A DNA stretch of 64,000 nt, taken from NCBI GenBank assembly GCA_963663545.1, contig OY760505.1:1664001-1728000 (forward strand), read 5' to 3'. The DNA is from Candidatus Delongbacteria bacterium. Lineage in GTDB: Bacteria > CAIWAD01. The position numbers and the translations under genes were made by a program. Positions 8,431-16,848 of the stretch are shown piece after piece (position 1 is the stretch's first letter; the number at the start of each line of letters is the position of its first letter). The notes beneath the pieces were generated by a model, which searched no databases, was not told where the DNA came from, and saw only the letters and a list, made by a program, of their open reading frames with translations.

Positions 8431-9027
8431 CTAGAAGGGTAAGTCGTCGCCGTAGCCGTAGCCATTGTGTGGCGGCGGCACATCGTCGGTATGCGGCGGC
8501 AGTGTATCACGCACCGGCTCTGCAGGGTTCTGCGGATAGGCAGGCTGCTGGCGCTGCTGCTGGGGCGGGTGATATGCCGGAGGCCGTGCATCCGGGCTCA
8601 GGTTCAGGCGCTGGTTGAAGTAGGTGTTCGTGAACACCTGCCCGTCGTCGCGCTTATTCTGCTTGATGGTGATCTCGACGGCCACGCCGATGAACTGGCC
8701 ACGCCAGGCGTGGTCCGTGATGGCGTTGGGGTGCTGAAGCTGCACACCCAGCGCGTCCAGATCCCAGCCGAAGTATTTCCAGTGGTCGTCGGTAACAAGC
8801 AGACAGTGCTTCCAGGTCTTGCGGTTGGCGTGCTGGCCACTCAGGACGGTCAGCTCCCAGACGAACATCGGATCGCCCGTGCGCTTGGTGGCTTCCAGGC
8901 TCGCGCCCGTGATACGCACCTGGTAGGTGCCGGGAGGAAGCTCGCCCATCTGCGGTGCATCACCGCGGTTCTGGTATGCGTTCTGACGGTGGCTGAAATC
9001 CCAGCCGGATTGCTGTTGTTGATACAT
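8431..9027 (-). CDS. DUF669-type single-stranded DNA-binding protein
   Basis: LPPGTYQVRI N-terminus, Q/P-rich linker, acidic DDLPF tail. Confidence 0.8.
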   Translation of the reverse strand: MYQQQQSGWDFSHRQNAYQNRGDAPQMGELPPGTYQVRITGASLEATKRTGDPMFVWELTVLSGQHANRKTWKHCLLVTDDHWKYFGWDLDALGVQLQHPNAITDHAWRGQFIGVAVEITIKQNKRDDGQVFTNTYFNQRLNLSPDARPPAYHPPQQQRQQPAYPQNPAEPVRDTLPPHTDDVPPPHNGYGYGDDLPF

Positions 9028-9036
9028 GCTTGTCTC

Positions 9037-9834
9037 CTACGCTGCCTGCTGAGGGGTCTGCGGGGCCTGCTGGGGCGCGGCTGTCTCGGTGGGCAGCTCC
9101 ATGCCCAGGATGCGCGCCTGCTCGATTTTGGCGTCCCTCCACGCCTTCTCAAGCGCGGGCCAGTTGAAGGGGATCGTGGGCACCATCAGACCGGTACGCT
9201 CGCCAGCTTCCCAGCCCGAAGAGGCTTTCGTGCGTGCTACGCGGTCGCAGGAAATCTCGCCGGTCTCGGTGTTGGTGATCTCTTCGAAGTCGCCGTAGAT
9301 GTAGACGTCCGCCAGTCCTGCCGCCACATCCAGCGCACCACCGGTCAGTGTCGGCACCATGCGCGGTACCGGACCCGTGGGCGTCTTCACTTCCTTGGTC
9401 TTGGCGTGGCTGGTCATGATGAGACCATACGGCAGGTTGGCGAGCTTGGTCAGCACGCGCAGGAACTCGGCCTTCACCATGCTCCAGCCCTTGCCGTAGC
9501 CAGCATCGCTGGGATGTGCGAAGCCGTACTTGCGGCAAGAGTAGTTCTCGCAGAACTGGTAGGCGTTGTCGATGGTGTCAATCACGATCGTGCGGAAGGG
9601 GTGGCCACCGGCTGCAATCAGCGCACAGGCTTCCAGCATTTCCTCCCAGCTGGAAATGGGTTGCTGATAGGAGGCCAGATGATTCAGGCCGGGCTCCGTG
9701 GCCAGAAAGAGCGCGTCGGGCGCCTGCGAAGCCCAGGTGGACTTGCCGAACTTGGGCGCGGCGTAGATGAGCACGGTCATGTCCCGCAGGCTCATCTTGG
9801 GCAGGGTCTTCTGGGTAGGTAAGGTAATCGGCAT
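9037..9834 (-). CDS. AAA_24 / Sak4-like ATPase
   Basis: LIYAAPKFGKST, TIVIDT, GYGKGW, SHAK motifs. Confidence 0.85.
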   Translation of the reverse strand: MPITLPTQKTLPKMSLRDMTVLIYAAPKFGKSTWASQAPDALFLATEPGLNHLASYQQPISSWEEMLEACALIAAGGHPFRTIVIDTIDNAYQFCENYSCRKYGFAHPSDAGYGKGWSMVKAEFLRVLTKLANLPYGLIMTSHAKTKEVKTPTGPVPRMVPTLTGGALDVAAGLADVYIYGDFEEITNTETGEISCDRVARTKASSGWEAGERTGLMVPTIPFNWPALEKAWRDAKIEQARILGMELPTETAAPQQAPQTPQQAA

Positions 9835-9845
9835 CGGTCTCTCTC

Positions 9846-10835
9846 CTAGAATGCGGCTTCTTCTTCCAGCTCGCAGTGAGCGGCGCGGACCTTGAAGCGG
9901 TTGTCCATGATGTGCCGGGCTTCGTTGGTGCGGCAGGCTTCCCAGTAGCTGCACGGGAAGGGCGAGAAGCAGTGGCCGGTGTTGCGCGGGAAGAAGCCCT
10001 TCAGCTGCAGGTCGCGAACGCGCCTGGCGTCGATCCAGACCTCGCGGGCCAGCTTCGGGTACTGGCTGCGGTCGAGAAGCACCTCCTCGCGGTGGAAGAG
10101 GTTCTGCTCGGCGTAAGCGGCGATCAGGCGGGCGCGGAAGTCCTCATCCGACTCGGCCACCTTGCGCTTGATCTTGCCCGTCTTGCTGGCGGCCTTGCGT
10201 GCTTCGTACTCAGCATCGGTCTCGCCCTTGCCCTGCTGCAGGCGCTTCTTCACGATGATGTTGTAGATGACGCCGACGATCTCCTCGCCCAGCTCCTGTT
10301 CCAGCAGCATCGCGTAGAGATTGATCTGCGTATCCATCGGCAGCCGCTCGATGTAGTCGCCGGTGAGTGCGGAGGTGGTCTTGTGCTCCAGCAGGTACAG
10401 GCGGCCCTTGAAGCGAATCAGGCCGTCCACCTTGCCTTGCAGGTCGAACAGGCGGCTGGCGCGGCCCGTTTTCGGGTTAATCAGGGGCAGCTGGAATTTC
10501 CGCTCGACGTCCACGATTTCGAAGTCTTCGCTCGGGTACTGCTTCAGGTAGGCGGGAAAGACCGCGTGCGCCAGATGCCAGTGATCGCGGGCTTTCTCAT
10601 TCATCAGCCGGTCAGGAAACGAGCTGTCGATGATCTCGGCGACTTCCTCTTCGGGAAGCGGACCCTGACAGGTGGCCATGCGCAGGTAGTGCTTCTCGAG
10701 TAGGGTGTGGATCACGTGCCCGAAATGCAGGGTGATCTTCTCCTCGGCAGGGACAAGCTGCCTGAGGTAGCGCAACTCGTAGGCTTTCGGGCAGCCCCGA
10801 AACGCGGCGAGAGCGCTGTTGGTAAGGGTTTGCAT
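9846..10835 (-). CDS. PD-(D/E)XK exonuclease, Cas4/RecB-like
   Basis: GKVDG..EHKT, QINLY; one N-terminal plus three C-terminal Cys (possible Fe-S site). Confidence 0.85.
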   Translation of the reverse strand: MQTLTNSALAAFRGCPKAYELRYLRQLVPAEEKITLHFGHVIHTLLEKHYLRMATCQGPLPEEEVAEIIDSSFPDRLMNEKARDHWHLAHAVFPAYLKQYPSEDFEIVDVERKFQLPLINPKTGRASRLFDLQGKVDGLIRFKGRLYLLEHKTTSALTGDYIERLPMDTQINLYAMLLEQELGEEIVGVIYNIIVKKRLQQGKGETDAEYEARKAASKTGKIKRKVAESDEDFRARLIAAYAEQNLFHREEVLLDRSQYPKLAREVWIDARRVRDLQLKGFFPRNTGHCFSPFPCSYWEACRTNEARHIMDNRFKVRAAHCELEEEAAF

Positions 10836-10852
10836 GGGAATCTCCTATTGGC

Positions 10853-11320
10853 TTACTGGTTGTCCTTGGCGGTGGCCATGAGCTCTTCGCGCAGCCCTTG
10901 CAGTAGTTGCAGGGCTTCCCCGCAGGTCTGCAGGGCGGCAACGCGCTCGGTGTTGGTCATGTCGGCGACGCGGTGCGTGTGGGTGTTGTCCAGAAGCTCG
11001 GCCAGCTTGCGGATGGCACCGACGCCCTCCTCGGTGATGAGGCCGTTCAGTTGGCAGGGCTCGCCGGTGATGAGGGCATCGCGCAGCAGATTGGCAACAC
11101 CCTGCATCTCGCTGTAGCCAAGCGCGACACCGGCGCGGATCAGGCCGAGTACCTCGTCCAGATGAAAGCGGTGGTTGTGCTGATCGCTGCAGCAGGTATA
11201 GATCCGGTCGCGGGAGATGCCAGCGGCCAGCGAAAGCTCGGTGGCACGGCCGTAGCGAGTGCGGATGGCCGAGATGAGCAGGCGCTCGATATTCGAGACG
11301 GCGGGGAAATCCACGTTCAT
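10853..11320 (-). CDS. Phage regulatory protein (HTH, CII-like)
   Basis: ATELSLAAGISRDRIY HTH-like segment. Confidence 0.5.
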   Translation of the reverse strand: MNVDFPAVSNIERLLISAIRTRYGRATELSLAAGISRDRIYTCCSDQHNHRFHLDEVLGLIRAGVALGYSEMQGVANLLRDALITGEPCQLNGLITEEGVGAIRKLAELLDNTHTHRVADMTNTERVAALQTCGEALQLLQGLREELMATAKDNQ

Positions 11321-11571
11321 TTCTGCGTTGTCCTTCCAGATCGGGGGTGCGAGGTTATGCGGCGCGAATACTTGGGATCAACACGGGGGTATACAGTGTC
11401 GGTCAGGCGCGGCAGATCAGCAGGACGGATTCCACGGGCGACCTTCTGTCCGCGGATCTTCACCAGCGGAATGCCTGCATTGCGGACGTTGCGGCGGACC
11501 GTGCCGACGGTGCAATCCAGCCGCTCGGCCAGCTCGGCCCACGGGATGAAGGGGCGGGGTTGGGTGGTCAT
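11317..11571 (-). CDS. Excisionase-like HTH protein
   Basis: IPWAELAERLDCTVGTVRR..GIPLVKI. Confidence 0.55.
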   Translation of the reverse strand: MTTQPRPFIPWAELAERLDCTVGTVRRNVRNAGIPLVKIRGQKVARGIRPADLPRLTDTVYPRVDPKYSRRITSHPRSGRTTQK

Positions 11572-11846
11572 GCGGCCCTCCGGCAGGTGCAGGCAGGTCG
11601 CAGAGCGTGTGCGCGATGTGCAGCGGTTTCCAAGGCGAAGCGTGCGGGCTTCACGGCCTTAGCGTGGGTGCGATGCGCTATGATCCGGTGACGTGCGAAG
11701 GCGCGGCGCGCAGAGCGCGGAGGCTTGGGGTCTGCCTCGAACTTCGCGCTGCCCAAAAGGGCGCAGAAGGCGGCGACGAGGGCCGCCGGAAGGATTAGAT
11801 GCATTGTGTATCCTCGGGCTACTGGGTGTGTGGAATTGCGCTTCAT
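11568..11846 (-). CDS. Phage hypothetical protein (hydrophobic segment, basic tail)
   Basis: ATGA-coupled at both ends. Confidence 0.45.
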   Translation of the reverse strand: MKRNSTHPVARGYTMHLILPAALVAAFCALLGSAKFEADPKPPRSARRAFARHRIIAHRTHAKAVKPARFALETAAHRAHALRPACTCRRAA

Positions 11847-12085
11847 TTCTTCAGCGCCTTGCTGGCTAGTTCCTGCTCGAAGTGGCCTTCGCTGATGGTG
11901 AGAAGCAGTGCCTGTTGAAGCGCTGCCTTGAGATCAGTAGCGGCAGCGTCTTCGAACTGGCCAGCGGCCTGCAGGAAGAAATCATGGAAGCGATCCGAGT
12001 GCGCGAGCACCAGCTCTGCGTCCTTTGGGTGTATCATGTCCGCGACGTACCGGACCGTTTCCAGAAGGGACTTGGGTTCACTCAT
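11843..12085 (-). CDS. Phage hypothetical protein
   Basis: Coupled ORF. Confidence 0.55.
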   Translation of the reverse strand: MSEPKSLLETVRYVADMIHPKDAELVLAHSDRFHDFFLQAAGQFEDAAATDLKAALQQALLLTISEGHFEQELASKALKK

Positions 12086-12381
12086 GCTGCCTGCTCCCGC
12101 TTGGCGAGGGCCGTGCCCTGCTCAAGGCGATACATGAGTTCGTGTTCTGCGTAGGCCATGAAAAGAGCCGTGCTGATGACCTGGCGCGCCATGTATAGCT
12201 TGTCTGAGTCGGTCTCTGTGAGTTGACGCATGTACTGGCAGGCCCGATTCCGCAGCTCTTTGTTGTCCTTGAAGGCGAGGAGGATCTTGCTGGAAGCGCG
12301 ATCCAGAATGCCATCGATAGTGTTGCTAATGGACTGAGGCTGCTTCACTTCCGGTGTGGCCGTAGAGGCGCTCTTGCTCAT
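12082..12381 (-). CDS. Phage hypothetical protein
   Basis: ATGA-coupled start at 12381. Confidence 0.55.
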   Translation of the reverse strand: MSKSASTATPEVKQPQSISNTIDGILDRASSKILLAFKDNKELRNRACQYMRQLTETDSDKLYMARQVISTALFMAYAEHELMYRLEQGTALAKREQAA

Positions 12382-12710
12382 GCTGCCTGCTCCTTTCCCC
12401 CAGGCTCGACGCCTGCCAGGATCAGAGCGGCGCTGTTGAGAACGAGATTCGCGTCGGCATCGCTGCGGCCCTTGGCGATGGCGCAATTGATGGCGGATTG
12501 GATGATGGTGCGGACGTGTTCTCTGTGCTTACTGCCAATCAGGGTGTCGCCCTCAGGCAGCCAGGTACGCCAGCAGCGCGCGAAGTCGGTCTCAACGACC
12601 TGCCTGAAGACGCTGAATTGCTTCTCGAGCAGCTTGCGCTGTTCAGGGCTCAGGGCGCAGACAAGTTCGACCGTAACCTGCTGGGCTTCGGAAAGGAGAT
12701 CCTTGCTCAT
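12378..12710 (-). CDS. Phage hypothetical protein
   Basis: Coupled ORF. Confidence 0.55.
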   Translation of the reverse strand: MSKDLLSEAQQVTVELVCALSPEQRKLLEKQFSVFRQVVETDFARCWRTWLPEGDTLIGSKHREHVRTIIQSAINCAIAKGRSDADANLVLNSAALILAGVEPGGKEQAA

Positions 12711-12898
12711 GCTGCCTGCTCCTCGAGTTGATGGCTGTGGGTTTTGCGCTGGCGCTGGCGGTTCAGCTCTTCCAGCATCACGCGCTCGGCCAGCCGATGC
12801 AGCTTCTCTCCGCTGATGTCGGCTGCCAGCTCAGCAGCTTCCTTTCCTGCCGGGGTGATGCGAAGCATCTTGGAGTCGGGGCGTTGTTTCTTTCTCAC
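12707..12898 (-). CDS. Small ribbon-helix-helix-like protein
   Basis: Beta-alpha-alpha pattern; similar to the upstream gene. Confidence 0.5.
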   Translation of the reverse strand: MRKKQRPDSKMLRITPAGKEAAELAADISGEKLHRLAERVMLEELNRQRQRKTHSHQLEEQAA

Positions 12899-13068
12899 GC
12901 TGCCACCTCTTCGATTTGGTGGTTACTAGCAATACTGCGCTGCCGCTGGAGTTCTTCTTTCACGAGCCGTCCAAGCAGCCTCACTTGGGGGATCTCAGTG
13001 ATCTTGTTCAGCTCACGAAGCTCTTCCAGCGTCTCCGAGTAGATCTTCGTAGTGATAAGGTCTTTCAT
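12895..13068 (-). CDS. Small ribbon-helix-helix-like protein in the Cro position
   Basis: ITTKIYSETLEELRELNKITEIPQVRLLGRLVKEEL; first gene of the leftward operon. Confidence 0.55.
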   Translation of the reverse strand: MKDLITTKIYSETLEELRELNKITEIPQVRLLGRLVKEELQRQRSIASNHQIEEVAA

Positions 13069-13129
13069 GTTGTACGATCCTACACCAGTGATTCGCTGAA
13101 AAATGCCGGTCGCACATGTGCCCGGCTTC

Positions 13130-13166
13130 TGGTGTACGAATATACACCACATATCGGAATTGTCAA
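13130..13166 (-). promoter_or_regulatory. Sigma70 promoter of the leftward (lytic) operon with an overlapping palindromic operator
   Basis: Minus-strand TTGACA (13166-13161)-N16-TATATT (13144-13139); palindrome TGGTGTA-N6-TACACCA at 13130-13149. Confidence 0.65.
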
Positions 13167-13194
13167 GTACCGAGGCTATTTTTTACCCGGATAA

Positions 13195-13626
13195 GTGGAA
13201 AATACTACACCATCAAAGCTGACGGGCGACTTCCTTAGACAACAACGCAAACGCGCCGACATTTCTATTCGGACCGTTGCAAGGATTACCGGGAAGGACC
13301 ATGCCTACATCAGCCGCATCGAGCGCGGCCTGATTTCCCCGTCTCTTGATGTGTTGGCCGAAATCTGTTCCGCTATAGGCATTGAGACATGGGAAGCCGT
13401 GGCATGTAAAACTCGTGAACAGATGCTTGAGGAGTTTCGTGGTCAGTTTTCCCTGAACTCCACCGAGCTCTCCGGCCTCCTTGCTGCGGCCCAGGGCCGC
13501 GAACTGATCCAGTTGCTCACACAGCTTGCACAGATCGCCAATGAGCACGGGATCGAACAGCTTAAGAGTGTCCTCTCTGCCTATGAGCTGATGCGTCAGG
13601 CAGTAGAGGCACAGCAGAAGTCCTGA
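13195..13626 (+). CDS. Prophage repressor, XRE-family HTH
   Basis: LRQQRKRADISIRTVARITG..AYISRIERG..SPSLDVL; divergent from the early operon. Confidence 0.85.
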   Translation: MENTTPSKLTGDFLRQQRKRADISIRTVARITGKDHAYISRIERGLISPSLDVLAEICSAIGIETWEAVACKTREQMLEEFRGQFSLNSTELSGLLAAAQGRELIQLLTQLAQIANEHGIEQLKSVLSAYELMRQAVEAQQKS

Positions 13627-13876
13627 AACAAACGAGCCCACCTGGCTACGTGCCGTGGGCCTCATGAACCCTTCTCTTGTGGTGCGCTACGGGCGTCCTG
13701 CATGCTTTGCAGGTAGTTGACCCAGCAGGCGGTTTGGTAGGGGCATGTGAGGCAGGTCTGTATTTGGATGCCCTGCGAGAGCAGGAGTTCGAGTACGGTT
13801 GTGGGTTCGGGAAGTGTGTTGGTCATAGGTAGTCAGTCCCTCCGATGTCCTGCGGAATGTAGGGTGGGGGTGGGAC

Positions 13877-14590
13877 ATGAATCTTGAGGTCGTCTTGGTA
13901 CAGCCGTCGCATCCGGAAAGACACAGGTTCTCGGAGCTGAAAGCGAAGGTTTGTGCTAATCTGAAGCGAGATGTTGTCTTCTTTTTGCTGGGCGCACTTA
14001 CGTCCTTGATTGTTTCACATTGCTACTACAGCAAGAGCCAGCACTGGGCTGAGCGACAGGCATACATCTCTGGTCAATTCAAGCTCCCAGAGGCCATGCG
14101 CTTAGGCGAACTACAAATCGGTGGTTTACTGATCAGCATGGGCTCTAGTGTGGTTAGTTTCAATACTTCTGATCTGAAGTATGGATGCGATCAGGGCATT
14201 AAACTCTGGGGCATAATACGAGATCAGGACAGACGGAGCCTACTGAACCTAGATGGAGATCTGTTCACAGTAACCCCAAGCTACGATTGTGATGTGAACC
14301 GCGATAGCGAGGCCATCGAGGTAGTGAATTCGGAATTCCGGCCTATACTTCAGCTTTGGAAATCGAAGAGTAACACGTGGATGCTATTCTTCGTTTCCTA
14401 TACAAACGACACAGTTGCAACAGTTGTGAGCGATGGCTTCGCTGGAACAATGCATCCAGACGAGGCGACGAGGATACAGATGATGCGCAGGCGTATGTTT
14501 CAGTACCCTGGAGTAAAAAATCCAAGTATAAGAAGCGGCGAGAGTATTGATTACGATTTCGATTTCAAGCGATACTACGGAATTGAGTGA
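13877..14590 (+). CDS. Single-TM hypothetical protein (lysogenic cargo)
   Basis: Hydrophobic segment VVFFLLGALTSLIVS; lower GC than the phage core. Confidence 0.6.
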   Translation: MNLEVVLVQPSHPERHRFSELKAKVCANLKRDVVFFLLGALTSLIVSHCYYSKSQHWAERQAYISGQFKLPEAMRLGELQIGGLLISMGSSVVSFNTSDLKYGCDQGIKLWGIIRDQDRRSLLNLDGDLFTVTPSYDCDVNRDSEAIEVVNSEFRPILQLWKSKSNTWMLFFVSYTNDTVATVVSDGFAGTMHPDEATRIQMMRRRMFQYPGVKNPSIRSGESIDYDFDFKRYYGIE

Positions 14591-14737
14591 CGCATGAAGA
14601 GCCTTTCTCCCGCGGTCGGGACGATCTGTGGTGGGTGGGCAGTAAAGAGAGGATCCGCAAATGACAACACGCATTACTGTCGGCAAAAACGTTTACATCA
14701 AGTGCACAGAAGAAGTCCGGCAAGTTCTTTCTGGGCT

Positions 14738-16035
14738 GGGCCTGTCAGGAATTTCGTGTAAACGCCTCTTACGCCGGCACCCTGCCCTCGAACTTGATTG
14801 CCAGGTAGTTCCTCGCCTGACCCCAGTTTCGAATGGGCATCGTCCACTTCTTCTCGATGTTTTGTATCACCATGAAAACCAGCTTCAGAGCCGATTCCAC
14901 GGTAGGGAATGCTGATCTGGTCTTTGTCACACGCCGAATATTGTAGTTCAGCGACTCTATCGCATTGGTCGTATACATCACGCGCCTGATCTCGTCTGGA
15001 TACTGGAGAAATGGCACCAGGTCCGTCCAGCGTTCCCGCCAACTTTTGCTGATTGTAGGATACTTCGCATCCCAGGTGGCACCAAACTCCTGCAGTGCCC
15101 CGAGAGCGGCTTCTTCTGTTGCGGCACTGTAGATCTGCTTCAAGTCGGTGGCGACAGCGCGGCGCTCTTTGTAGGACACGTACTTCAGCGAATTCCTGAC
15201 CGCATGAACGATGCACAGCTGGACATCCGTCTTCGGAAAGACAGCACGGATGGCGTCGGGAAAGCCCGTCAAGCCGTCTACTGCGGCGATCAGGATGTCC
15301 CGAACCCCGCGGTTCCGCAGTTCCGTGATCACGCTAAGCCAGTATTGTGCACCCTCGTTCTCGCTTACCCAAAGACCCAGCAGCTCCTTTTGCCCATCGA
15401 GGTTGATGGCCAGCGCCAAGTGAATGGCGCACTTCTGCACACGCCTGTTTTCTCTGGCTTTGACGATGATAGCGTCGAAGAAAACAATGGGATACACTTC
15501 GTCCAGATCCCGGTTCTGCCAGGCTTCCAGATGCTCTACAACACCGTCGGTCACCGAGGTGATGAACTGCGGCGATACCTCGGTTCCGTAGATCTCCTTC
15601 AGGTGCTCCGTGATCTCCCGTGTCGACATGCCACGAGCATACATCGACAGAATCTTGTCGCTGAAGCCAGGAATCTCGCGTTGGTGCTTGCCGATCAGCA
15701 TGGGCTCAAAGGTCGCGTCCCGGTCTCTGGGAACTTCGATTTCCATGTCGCCCTGATCGCTTCGTACGCGCTTTCTAGTGCTGCCGTTGCGCCTATTGTC
15801 GGTAGGCTTGGTTCCATTTTCATGCTTGGAATAGCCCAGATGATCTGTCAGCTCCGCACCAAGCGCGGCCTCGATGAGCTCCTTGCTCAGCTGCTTCAGG
15901 ATGCCGTTTTCACCAAGCAGGTCTGCCGGTGTCTTGCACTCACGCAGAAGCTCCTGGATTAGGTCTTTCGAAATAGCCACTTGAATTCCTCCTCTAAGAG
16001 AATCTGGCTATTTACACAGAATTCCTGATACCCTC
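14738..16035 (-). mobile_element. IS256-family insertion sequence
   Basis: Imperfect 25-bp IRs (GGGCCTGTCAGGAATTTCGTGTAAA / GAGGGTATCAGGAATTCTGTGTAAA); 8-bp TSD TCTGGGCT at 14730-14737 and 16036-16043. Confidence 0.95.
14769..15980 (-). CDS. IS256-family transposase
   Basis: VPRDR, YARGMSTR, FFDA, VDGLTG, QLCIVH, YTTNAIES motifs. Confidence 0.97.
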   Translation of the reverse strand: MAISKDLIQELLRECKTPADLLGENGILKQLSKELIEAALGAELTDHLGYSKHENGTKPTDNRRNGSTRKRVRSDQGDMEIEVPRDRDATFEPMLIGKHQREIPGFSDKILSMYARGMSTREITEHLKEIYGTEVSPQFITSVTDGVVEHLEAWQNRDLDEVYPIVFFDAIIVKARENRRVQKCAIHLALAINLDGQKELLGLWVSENEGAQYWLSVITELRNRGVRDILIAAVDGLTGFPDAIRAVFPKTDVQLCIVHAVRNSLKYVSYKERRAVATDLKQIYSAATEEAALGALQEFGATWDAKYPTISKSWRERWTDLVPFLQYPDEIRRVMYTTNAIESLNYNIRRVTKTRSAFPTVESALKLVFMVIQNIEKKWTMPIRNWGQARNYLAIKFEGRVPA

Positions 16036-16421
16036 TCTGGGCTTGGCGAACGGGCTGGCGTCGTCTATTTGATCGAGAACCCGTCCTTTTCAGATGGATT
16101 TGCTCAGCAGACAGGAATAAACAGGTTTGCAGTGAGTGGATACTGGGAAGTGCCTGAAGGTCTTCGCGATGCGCTTGTTCCAATTGCCGAAGGATACACG
16201 CAACGAACTGACCCAAACAATCCTGAACTGATCAAGACCTATTACTTCGAGTTTGCGGTCTCTGGAACTGACATCTACTGGAATCCAAAGCTGCGAAAGC
16301 CTGAGTCACTTCACTACACGAACCGCGCTGATGGATACTCCTACGCTTACTTCTTCGGCAAGGTGAAGCCACAGAATCCAGAAGCCCTGGATATCCCAGA
16401 CAAGAATCAACAGGAGCAATA

Positions 16422-16847
16422 GTGCTTACCCAACACCAGGCGGATCAACTCATTGCCACCTTGAAGACTGCGGTCCGTAAGGGCGCCCTATCTTGGGAAC
16501 CCGATAAAGCAACCAATGAGCAGCTTGTTTCTGTTGAGCTTAATGGTATGCTCTTTATCTTGTCTATGAAGCGTGGCCCGTTCGAGATAAGGTTGAACAT
16601 GAGGACAGCAGATAAAAATATCGGTTTGTGCAGAATCGATGGCGCGCCGTATCATACGAACGATGATGGAACAGAGTTACGGCAACCCCACATTCACATG
16701 TACGAGGAGGGGCATGGGTTGAAAAATGCCCAAGCGATTGATTGGTACGATCCGAGCAAACCTTATGATACATTGGTGCGGTTCCTGGATGAGGTTAATG
16801 CACGATTCCCAGATGGTTTCCAAGATGCCCTAGAATTGGCGGAATAG
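16422..16847 (+). CDS. DUF6978-like protein
   Basis: LCRID..PYHTNDDG...PHIHMYEEG motif; start overlaps the upstream stop. Confidence 0.6.
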   Translation: MLTQHQADQLIATLKTAVRKGALSWEPDKATNEQLVSVELNGMLFILSMKRGPFEIRLNMRTADKNIGLCRIDGAPYHTNDDGTELRQPHIHMYEEGHGLKNAQAIDWYDPSKPYDTLVRFLDEVNARFPDGFQDALELAE

Positions 16848-16848
16848 T

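Larger units (their letters stand above)
12081..12722. repeat. Three identical 17-bp gene-junction repeats CTCATGCTGCCTGCTCC
   Basis: Copies at 12081-12097, 12377-12393 and 12706-12722; the last two share 21 bp. Confidence 0.85.
14661..16422 (+). pseudogene. Hypothetical gene of about 150 aa interrupted by IS256
   Basis: Removing 14738-16043 joins MTTRITVGKNVYIKCTEEVRQVLSGL in frame to GERAGVVYLIENPSF...KNQQEQ. Confidence 0.8.

Noticed and set aside
8467..10703. Long plus-strand ORFs (451 and 275 aa) opposite the recombination genes
   Set aside because: Antisense shadows typical of GC-rich coding DNA, with no motifs
9846..10835. Cas4 as evidence of a CRISPR-Cas locus
   Set aside because: No cas1/cas2 or repeat-spacer array seen; the context is a phage recombination module with an ATPase and SSB
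12081..12722. Junction repeats as a CRISPR array or attC sites
   Set aside because: They are only 17-21 bp, non-palindromic, about 300 bp apart, and coincide with RBS/stop/start signals
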